Positions 1 through 7,383 of a stretch of 62,459 bases of DNA are shown here, piece by piece; positions within the stretch are counted from its first letter, which is position 1; each line of letters opens with the position of its first letter. The translations under genes were made by a program, and so were the position numbers. The DNA comes from Verrucomicrobiales bacterium (GTDB lineage: Bacteria; Verrucomicrobiota; Verrucomicrobiia; Limisphaerales; UBA1100). The DNA lies in contig JAYQQG010000004.1 in the NCBI GenBank assembly GCA_038145765.1, positions 1 to 62,459 on the forward strand. Reading direction: 5' to 3'. Below the pieces are notes generated by a model, which worked only from the letters and a program-made list of their open reading frames with translations, was not told the DNA's origin and searched no databases.

Positions 1-1
1 C

Positions 2-970
2 CTTAGTCTCGTGCGCTCGGCGATGTGTATAAGCGACAGGGGTAAACCATCCGTCGGCAGTTGGGTGGCGTATGGGTTGGGCTCGGAAAATCAAAACATG
101 CCGGCTTTCATCGTGTTGCCCGATCCGCGCGGCGGCCTCAAGGGCGGCCCACCGGCTTGGGGCAGCGGTTTCCTCCCGGCGACTTTTCAGGGCACCACGT
201 TTCGCCCCGGGACCAAGCCCATCCTCAATCTCCACCCGCCCGCCGAGCGTTCGCCGGAGCGGCAGTCTGCGCTGGCGAAGTTCATTCAACAAACCAACCG
301 CGACCACGCCGCCCAGCGCGATCAGGACGACACCCTTGAAGCCCGGATCCGCGCCTATGAGCTGGCCTTTCGCATGCAGACGGCGGCGCCGGAGATTGTC
401 GATCTCTCCCGCGAAACTGCCGCCACGCGCAAGCTCTACGCGCTGGATCAAAAAGACTGCGCGGAATTCGGCACGCGCTGTCTGCTGGCCCGCCGCATGC
501 TCGAGCGCGACGTGCGATTTGTGCAGCTTTACTCCGGTGACACCCTCGGCTGGGACGCCCACAAGGGCGTGTTGCAAAACCACACTACCTGGTGCCGCCG
601 CACCGACGCTCCCATTGCCGGTCTGTTTGACGACCTCAAGGCGCGCGGTTTGTGGGATGACACCCTCATCATTTGGGGCGGCGAATTTGGCCGCATGCCC
701 ATGAGCGAGCAAGGCACCGGCCGCGACCACAATCCGTGGGGCTACAGCGTCGTGCTGGCCGGCGGTGCAGTGCGCGGTGGCCTCGCCTACGGCGCCACCG
801 ACCCCATCGGCCTGCGCGCCGAGCAAAACAAGATTCACGTCCACGACCTCCACGCCACCCTCCTCCACATCCTCGGCATCGACCACGAACGACTGACCGT
901 GAAACATCACGGCAAAGACGAGCGGTTGACGGATGTGAGCGGGAAGGTGGTGAAGGAAATCTTGAGTTAA
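2..970 (+). CDS. DUF1501 domain protein (sulfatase-like), 5' end truncated by the window edge
   Basis: The frame is open from nt 2, with no stop before the listed start at 11. The translation (VAYGLGSENQNMPAFIVLPD ... GGEFGRMP ... GRDHNPWG) aligns by eye with roughly residues 170-478 of the complete DUF1501 paralog at 58051..59487. Stop is TAA at 968-970. Confidence 0.85.
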   Translation, partial: LSLVRSAMCISDRGKPSVGSWVAYGLGSENQNMPAFIVLPDPRGGLKGGPPAWGSGFLPATFQGTTFRPGTKPILNLHPPAERSPERQSALAKFIQQTNRDHAAQRDQDDTLEARIRAYELAFRMQTAAPEIVDLSRETAATRKLYALDQKDCAEFGTRCLLARRMLERDVRFVQLYSGDTLGWDAHKGVLQNHTTWCRRTDAPIAGLFDDLKARGLWDDTLIIWGGEFGRMPMSEQGTGRDHNPWGYSVVLAGGAVRGGLAYGATDPIGLRAEQNKIHVHDLHATLLHILGIDHERLTVKHHGKDERLTDVSGKVVKEILS

Positions 971-980
971 TGACCTGTTT

Positions 981-1107
981 TCAATGACCAAGAACCAAGG
1001 ACCAAATCCCAGGGAACATCCAATATCCAAACTCCAATGGAGTTGGCGTTCGCGTCATTGGACATTGGTCATTTTTTGGTCATTGGTTATTGGTCATTGG
1101 TCATTTG
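981..1107. repeat. Palindromic intergenic repeat element with TTGGTCATT core (copy A)
   Basis: The left arm 981-1006 (tcaatgaccaagaaccaaggaccaaa) is complementary at 23 of 26 positions to the right arm 1075-1100 (tttggtcattggttattggtcattgg), with a 68-nt spacer. There are four direct copies of TTGGTCATT between 1064 and 1105. A 22-nt block at 995-1016 matches 56659-56680 at 20 of 22 positions. Confidence 0.6.
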
Positions 1108-2828
1108 GCGCAGAGCGCCACTGGTCTTGGCAACCCCTTAAACGCCCTGCTGTGCCGGACGATTCGCGCCACACCCACCCCATCGACGCCTTCATTACCG
1201 CGCAGCTCCGGCCGCACAAACTCGCTCTGGCGCCCGAAGCCGATCGACGCACTTTGATTCGCCGCCTCACCTTCAACCTCACCGGTCTGCCGCCGGCTCC
1301 TGCTGAAGTGGAGGCATTTCTCAAGGACACCGATCCACGCGCCTACGAAAAACTCGTCGACCGTCTGCTCACTTCGCCGGCGTACGGCGAGCACTGGGCC
1401 CAACACTGGCTCGATCTCGCGCGCTTTGCGGAGACCGACGGCTTCGAGCATGACAAGATCCGCCCCAACGCCTGGCGTTATCGCGACTGGGTCATCAACG
1501 CCCTCAATGCGAACCTCCCGTACAACCAGTTTGTGCAACAGCAAATCGCCGGCGACCTGCTGCATCCCAAGGATCCGCAGGCTGGCATCGCCACCGGCTT
1601 TCTGCTTGCCGGCCAGGACATGCCAGACATCAACCTGATCGCCGAGCGCCGCCACATGATTCTCAATGAAATGACCGGCACCGTCGGCAGCGCCCTGCTC
1701 GGCATCACGATCGGGTGTGCCCAGTGTCACGATCATAAGTTTGATCCCGTCAGCCAACGCGAGTTTTACCAGATGCGCGCCTTCTTCGAGAGCGACCTCC
1801 AGCTCAAGGAGATCAAGTCCGGCGACGTGACCATCCGCGCCCTGCGCCAAGGCAAACCCGCCACCACCCACGTGATGGTCCGCGGCGATTTCCGCCGGCC
1901 CGGAGAAGCCGTCAAAGCCGCCTTCCCCAAAACCATTAACACCGCCAAGAGCCAAACCACCCAGGGCACCCGCACCGAACTCGCCGCCTGGCTGACCCAT
2001 CCTCAAAACTCCACCGCCATGCGCCTTGCGGCCAATCGCCTGTGGCAGCAGCACTTTGGCCGGCCACTTGCCACGCCTGAGGATTTCGGCACCCAAGGCC
2101 AGCCGCCCACGCAACCCGCCCTGCTCGATTGGCTCGCCACGGAATTGCCCCGCCAAAAATGGAGTCTCAAGGCCATGCACCGGCTCATCCTCACCAGCGC
2201 CACGTGGAAACAAGCCAGCCTGAATGCCGGCAACGATCCCCACTGGAAACAACGCCTACAAGCCGATCCCGAGAACCGCCTGTGGAGCCGCCAAGACCGC
2301 CGCCGCCTCACCGGCGAAATGCTGCGCGACACATTGCTGCTCACCGGCGGCCAACTCAACCGCCAACGTGGCGGTCCCGGCGTGCGGCCGCCGTTACCCA
2401 AGGAAATCACCAGCACGCTTCTGCGCAACCAATGGAACGTCAGCCCCGACACCGCCGATCATCGCCGCCGCAGCGTGTACCTTTTTGCCCGGCGCAATCT
2501 GCGCTTTCCGTTCTTTGACTTGTTCGACCGGCCGGCCGGCGCCGAGAGCTGTTCTCATCGCATGACCTCCACCACCGCACCGCAATCGCTCGCGCTGTTA
2601 AATTCCGAATTCGTCCGCCAATCCGCCCAACACCTCGCCGCTCGCGTGGCCAAGGAAACGCCTATGCCCAACGAACAAATCCGCCGCCTCTACCGGCACC
2701 TCTTCCAACGCGCCCCCGGTGAGCATGAATTTGCCGCCGCCCGCGCGCTGGCCGGCCCCGAGGGACAGCAACTCACCGACCTCGCTCTGGGCCTCTTGAA
2801 TGCCAACGAACTGCTCTATGTGGACTAG
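984..2828 (+). CDS. DUF1549/DUF1553 (PSCyt2/PSD1) domain protein, without an N-terminal cytochrome c domain
   Basis: 614-aa ORF. Motifs seen are HPIDAFITAQL and RRLTFNLTGLPP (DUF1549), CAQCHDHKFDP (DUF1553) and the family-typical C-terminus NANELLYVD. The start is uncertain because ATG 984 and the first ~40 codons lie inside repeat copy A. In-frame TTG codons at about 1063 and 1084 are alternatives. Confidence 0.8.
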   Translation: MTKNQGPNPREHPISKLQWSWRSRHWTLVIFWSLVIGHWSFGAERHWSWQPLKRPAVPDDSRHTHPIDAFITAQLRPHKLALAPEADRRTLIRRLTFNLTGLPPAPAEVEAFLKDTDPRAYEKLVDRLLTSPAYGEHWAQHWLDLARFAETDGFEHDKIRPNAWRYRDWVINALNANLPYNQFVQQQIAGDLLHPKDPQAGIATGFLLAGQDMPDINLIAERRHMILNEMTGTVGSALLGITIGCAQCHDHKFDPVSQREFYQMRAFFESDLQLKEIKSGDVTIRALRQGKPATTHVMVRGDFRRPGEAVKAAFPKTINTAKSQTTQGTRTELAAWLTHPQNSTAMRLAANRLWQQHFGRPLATPEDFGTQGQPPTQPALLDWLATELPRQKWSLKAMHRLILTSATWKQASLNAGNDPHWKQRLQADPENRLWSRQDRRRLTGEMLRDTLLLTGGQLNRQRGGPGVRPPLPKEITSTLLRNQWNVSPDTADHRRRSVYLFARRNLRFPFFDLFDRPAGAESCSHRMTSTTAPQSLALLNSEFVRQSAQHLAARVAKETPMPNEQIRRLYRHLFQRAPGEHEFAAARALAGPEGQQLTDLALGLLNANELLYVD

Positions 2829-2840
2829 CCCCAACGTCAC

Positions 2841-4049
2841 GTGAGCCGGCCTGCCAACCCAACCTCCGAACACTTTGATGCCATCATCGTGGGTGCTGGC
2901 GGCGCCGGGCTAATGTGCGCACGCACCGCCGGTCTACGCGGCCGATCCGTGCTGGTGCTCGAACATAACACGCGTATCGGCAAAAAGATTCTCATCTCTG
3001 GCGGGGGGCGTTGCAATTTCACCAACCTCAATGCCAGTCCGGAAAATTATCTCTCGAACAACCCGCACTTCTGCCGCTCCTCCCTCTCGCGGTATCCAGC
3101 CAGTGAATTCATCGCGTTGGTGCAACAGCACGGCATTGAGTTTTACGAGAAAACGCTCGGCCAATTATTCTGCCGCACCTCATCGCGTGAGATTGTAGAT
3201 CTCCTGCGCCATGAATGCCGCGCGGCCGGCGTGCACTTGAAAACCGAATGCACCATCGACCGCGTCGGCCAGAATGCAGCCAACAACCGGTTCCAGCTGC
3301 AAACCTGCCAAGGCCCTGTGGAATGCGATTCGCTGGTGATTGCCACCGGTGCTCTGTCCTTTCCCAAACTGGGCGCGACGGATTTCGGTTATCGCGTTGC
3401 GGAACAATTCGATGTGCCCATCATTAAGCCCCGCCCCGGCCTCGTGCCGCTCATTCCTCAATTGGCCGATGGCCGCGACTGGCCGTTTGCCGAATTGACC
3501 GGCATCTCCCTCTCCTGCACGGCCAGCGCCGGCGGCACAACCTTTCGCGAGCAACTGCTCTTCACCCATCACGGCCTGAGCGGCCCGGCGATCCTGCAGG
3601 TTTCCAACTACTGCCCCGCTGGCGACGTGTTCACCCTAAATCTCCTGCCCGATCATGATCCCGGCACCCTGCTGGAAGAAACCCGCACTCAACGCCTCGA
3701 CCCCGCCCGCTGGCTGGAATCATTTTTTCCAAAACGCATGGCTGCCAGTTTTGCCAAAACGTTTGCGCCGGACATGCCGCTCAGCCAAATGAAACAAAGC
3801 GAGCGCGAACAACTGGTGACCCTCCTGACTGCCTGGCCGTTGACGGCTGCGGAGACCGGCGGTTACGCGAAGGCGGAAGTCACTGTCGGCGGCGTGGATA
3901 CCGCGGCACTGTCCTCCAAGACGATGGAATGCCGAGCCGTGCCCGGGCTTTATTTCATCGGTGAAGTGGTCGATGTCACAGGCTGGCTGGGCGGCTATAA
4001 TTTTCAATGGGCCTGGGCCAGCGGCCACGCGGCCGGCGAGGTTATTTAG
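2841..4049 (+). CDS. NAD(P)/FAD-dependent oxidoreductase, HI0933/YhiN/BaiN-like flavoprotein
   Basis: 402 aa with a GTG start. It has the Rossmann motif DAIIVGAGGAGLMCA followed by the family hallmark ISGGGRCNFTN, and a C-terminal GEVVDVTGWLGGYNFQWAW. Confidence 0.85.
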   Translation: MSRPANPTSEHFDAIIVGAGGAGLMCARTAGLRGRSVLVLEHNTRIGKKILISGGGRCNFTNLNASPENYLSNNPHFCRSSLSRYPASEFIALVQQHGIEFYEKTLGQLFCRTSSREIVDLLRHECRAAGVHLKTECTIDRVGQNAANNRFQLQTCQGPVECDSLVIATGALSFPKLGATDFGYRVAEQFDVPIIKPRPGLVPLIPQLADGRDWPFAELTGISLSCTASAGGTTFREQLLFTHHGLSGPAILQVSNYCPAGDVFTLNLLPDHDPGTLLEETRTQRLDPARWLESFFPKRMAASFAKTFAPDMPLSQMKQSEREQLVTLLTAWPLTAAETGGYAKAEVTVGGVDTAALSSKTMECRAVPGLYFIGEVVDVTGWLGGYNFQWAWASGHAAGEVI

Positions 4050-5454
4050 CCCGATAATCTTCGCCGCGATCACTCGCCTCCACCGAAGCCCGCCACGCCT
4101 TCAGCTCGCGCGTCATGCGCGCTACCTCCTCGGGATGTTGGTCACTCACATCATTCTTTTCGCCGGGATCCGCCACCAAATCGAACAGCTTGAGGGCTGG
4201 CAACTGATTCAACTGCTTCCCCTTGCCCCGGCCCCATAACTTGAATTGATCCCCAACCCACGCCACTTGATCGCCTGACTGGAATCCGATTGGCCGGTCC
4301 CGTTTTTTCATTTGTCCACGGAACAAAGGCAGCAAACTGAGGCCATCCAACGGCCGGTCATCTGCCGGCTTGGCGCCGATTATTTCCAATAGGGTCGGCA
4401 GATAATCACTCGTCACCGCCGGCACGGTTGTGTTCCCCGGCCGTATTTTCGCGGGCCACTCCATCAACCCCGGCACCCGAATACCGCCCTCCAGCAAATC
4501 CCGTTTGCGACCGCTCAAATGCCCCGCACTGCCCGGCGCGCTGCCCGCTTTGCCTTCCGGGCCGTTATCACTGCAAAAAGTCACCAGCGTGTTGCGCGCC
4601 ACGTCCATTGCACGCAGTTCCGTGCGCAGTCGTCCGACCTGCTCGTCCATCGCCGTGATGCAGCCCCGATAATGCTGCGTGTATTTTTCCTCACCGGCAT
4701 ACATCCGCGCATACGCCGGACCGGCCACCACCGGCAGGTGCGGTGTGTGAAACCAAACGATGGCAAAAAACGGCTGCTCCTCGGCCGCGGCCCGGCGCAT
4801 GAAAGAAATCGCCCGATCCATGATCACCCGTGAATTGGCGCCGGATAGATTGTCGACCACGCGTTTGCCTTTTTCATTCCAGTAGGCTGTGCCGTAAGGC
4901 TCGTGGTCTTCCGCCGGATCCCACCACGTTCGCCGCGCATTGACCTTCGGTTTCACCATCGGATCCCACGTCGGCACCTTGGATTCCGTTGAAAAACACA
5001 CATCAAACCCGTTGGATTGCGGCGGCGAAAAATGCTTTGCGCCCTGCGGCCCGCCGCGGTTGGCGTCCTTCACCGTTTTGGTCAACGTGCCGAGGTGCCA
5101 TTTTCCAAAATGGCCCGTGGTGTATCCGTGCCGCTTGAGCAATTCCGCCAGCGTCAATTCCTCCGGCTTCATATGGCCCGTATTGGCAAAGTAAATGCCG
5201 TAGCGAAATGGATGCCGCCCTGTAAGGCAACTGCCACGCGTGGGACTGCAAACCGGCGCCGCCGCATAAAACCGATCGAACCGCAAACTCCCCCGCGCCA
5301 TCGCATCAAGATGCGGCGTGCGAATATCCTTCCCGCCATTAAAACCGACATCGCCCCAGCCCAAGTCATCGCACATCACCAGCACAATGTTCGGCCGATC
5401 GGCGGCACATAAGCCAACCGCCCACAAACTCAACCAACCAAGGCAACGTACCAT
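4042..5454 (-). CDS. Sulfatase (Cys-type, formylglycine-dependent)
   Basis: 470 aa with a signal peptide. Motifs are CDDLGWGD and CSPTRGSCLTGR (the C-x-P-x-R formylglycine motif). Its start shares 1 nt (TAATG) with the stop of the upstream gene at 5454. Its 3' end overlaps the convergent flavoprotein gene by 8 nt. Confidence 0.9.
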   Translation of the reverse strand: MVRCLGWLSLWAVGLCAADRPNIVLVMCDDLGWGDVGFNGGKDIRTPHLDAMARGSLRFDRFYAAAPVCSPTRGSCLTGRHPFRYGIYFANTGHMKPEELTLAELLKRHGYTTGHFGKWHLGTLTKTVKDANRGGPQGAKHFSPPQSNGFDVCFSTESKVPTWDPMVKPKVNARRTWWDPAEDHEPYGTAYWNEKGKRVVDNLSGANSRVIMDRAISFMRRAAAEEQPFFAIVWFHTPHLPVVAGPAYARMYAGEEKYTQHYRGCITAMDEQVGRLRTELRAMDVARNTLVTFCSDNGPEGKAGSAPGSAGHLSGRKRDLLEGGIRVPGLMEWPAKIRPGNTTVPAVTSDYLPTLLEIIGAKPADDRPLDGLSLLPLFRGQMKKRDRPIGFQSGDQVAWVGDQFKLWGRGKGKQLNQLPALKLFDLVADPGEKNDVSDQHPEEVARMTRELKAWRASVEASDRGEDYRAK

Positions 5455-7286
5455 TACGGTTTCCAGACTAAATCACCCACATCAATGGGAGCCACTCGTT
5501 CTACGTGGCCATCGGCAAACCCGACGAGATAGTCGTCTCCGTGCGAAGCCATCTGGTCCGCCGCACCTGAACCATTCCAACCGAGATCACTCTCGAAGAA
5601 TACCACTGTACGCGCCGGCGACTTCAGATCTTCCAAGGACACTCCATCCAAATTCTTGTTGTAGGCATAAGAACTTTTCTGTTCAAACACGTCCAAGGGA
5701 GAAACGAATACATCCCGATTATCGCCCACGTAGGGCAATAACGCATCGCTCCATTTGCCGGCCGGCGGCAACCTGTTTTGATCCGCATGATACGCGTGAA
5801 CCGCAATGCTCAACTGTCGCAATTGATTCATGCTTACCGCTTCACGGGCTTTGTTACGGGCCGCCTGAATGGCAGGCAACAAGAGCGCGGCCGCCACGCC
5901 CGCCGGCAATATGGCGGCAGCGATTAGGGCCGACTCCATCCCGTCACCCGTGGTATGGGTCTCCACCACCACCCCTTCCGGGGTCACCCGCAAAATACCC
6001 AGCTGGCTCGCGGCAGCCTCGCCCGCCGGACCGGCATACATTTTCTCGATTAACGCCATCGCCTGCGGCGGCACGTCGCCTTCTTTTGAAGCGGCCTTGA
6101 TCAATTTTTGCACGATGGCTCCATACTCTTCCTGCACGCGGCTACTGAGGAAGTGAATCTGGTTCCCGTTCAGGTTCACCCCCTTGGCTAGGCGCTTGAA
6201 TTCTTCGGTGGACTTGAGCCCCGGCACGTCGCCGGACTGGACCGCGAGCACATTTTTGGCCAATTGCTTGGAGGTGGTGAGCACCAAATACTCACCCGCT
6301 TGCATCAGTGTTGGCGAAAAATCCAACGGCACCGGCAAGGGGGCAGGCGGCTGCACGGTGTAAAGCGTGGTGTCTCCGATCGTTTCCTTTTGCACGGGCA
6401 CCCCGGCCGCAGGACTTTCGAGCAGTGACGCCAACCGCTTCATCAACTGATCGTCCTTGACCTTGAGGGTCAGGGCTGCCGCCGGTTCCGAGATTTCCAC
6501 CGTAGCGGATTCAGGTAAATCAGGAATGGGCAAAGTGATGCGTTTCTCGGCATCCAAGGTGACAAAGAACCCCACTTCGCCTCCGGTCGATTTGAGCAGC
6601 GTCTCGAAGTTGAACGCCTGATTGAGTTGGGCGATGCCTTGTGCCATTTGCCCCACGGCTTCGGCCGGGGCGGTTTTCTTCGCGAATTCCTGCGCCCAAT
6701 TGTATCCGGCCACCACGTCCACATCGGCATGAAACACCAACGCTGTTTGCGCCGGCAACAGATTCAGCACCGCCTGCTCATGGGCTGTGCCGCCCATCAG
6801 TTTCCACATCAGGCCATCGCCCTTTCCTTCGTAGTGGTGCAACACCAGCGCGTTGCGATACAGGTGCTTTTCCCTGGCAAAACTGCTGGCGCCCAGCCCG
6901 CTCACCTCGCGCAACCCGCTCTCACGATATGCGGTGCGGATCATATTGATGGCCATGCTCATTTGAGCCGCCTCATCCTCGGGCATCTCTTGCCCGGCCA
7001 CTTCGAGCAGGCTGATCAGGTTTTCGGTCCAATCATCGAACTTGGCCACCGCCTGTTCGGTACTGAGGTAGAGATAAAAACTGCCTCCCTGATCCAGATG
7101 CTGGTTTACCTGCCAAAAACTGTTCGCCACCGCCGCCTTGGCTGGTGATTGCGAAGCTGCCCCGGAAGGCACTGAAGGCGGCGCACTGGAAGTAGAAGTT
7201 TCCTCGGTGGCTGTCGTTTCTTTACCCCCGCAGGCGGCGCCGGCCCAAAGGAGGATCACGGCAAATATTGCAGTTTTCTTTTTCAT
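5454..7286 (-). CDS. Lipoprotein with an unassigned ~430-aa domain fused to an internal pseudopilin-like helix and a C-terminal H-X9-DG (DUF1559-type) domain
   Basis: 610 aa with lipobox signal MKKKTAIFAVILLWAGAACG. Residues ~452-500 (ALIAAAILPAGVAAALLLPAIQAARNKAREAVSMNQLRQLSIAVHAYH) resemble the mature N-terminus of DUF1559 pseudopilins. An exact H-X9-DG is present (SHGDDYLVGFADGHVE). It is a paralog of 7384..9768; both share GGSFY(L/F)YLST and the same overall order. Confidence 0.75.
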   Translation of the reverse strand: MKKKTAIFAVILLWAGAACGGKETTATEETSTSSAPPSVPSGAASQSPAKAAVANSFWQVNQHLDQGGSFYLYLSTEQAVAKFDDWTENLISLLEVAGQEMPEDEAAQMSMAINMIRTAYRESGLREVSGLGASSFAREKHLYRNALVLHHYEGKGDGLMWKLMGGTAHEQAVLNLLPAQTALVFHADVDVVAGYNWAQEFAKKTAPAEAVGQMAQGIAQLNQAFNFETLLKSTGGEVGFFVTLDAEKRITLPIPDLPESATVEISEPAAALTLKVKDDQLMKRLASLLESPAAGVPVQKETIGDTTLYTVQPPAPLPVPLDFSPTLMQAGEYLVLTTSKQLAKNVLAVQSGDVPGLKSTEEFKRLAKGVNLNGNQIHFLSSRVQEEYGAIVQKLIKAASKEGDVPPQAMALIEKMYAGPAGEAAASQLGILRVTPEGVVVETHTTGDGMESALIAAAILPAGVAAALLLPAIQAARNKAREAVSMNQLRQLSIAVHAYHADQNRLPPAGKWSDALLPYVGDNRDVFVSPLDVFEQKSSYAYNKNLDGVSLEDLKSPARTVVFFESDLGWNGSGAADQMASHGDDYLVGFADGHVERVAPIDVGDLVWKP

Positions 7287-7340
7287 ATGAACTAATCGGT
7301 GAACAATATGATTCTGCGCTTCGATCCTTATGGGAACAAT

Positions 7341-7367
7341 AAAAAAAGCCCGGGCGAACCCGGGCGT
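7341..7367 (-). terminator. Rho-independent terminator downstream of 7384..9768
   Basis: The minus-strand RNA reads GCCCGGG-UUCG-CCCGGGC followed by UUUUUUU (plus strand aaaaaaagcccgggcgaacccgggc). It lies 17 nt after the stop codon. Confidence 0.75.
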
Positions 7368-7383
7368 CTGAAACTCAATATTG

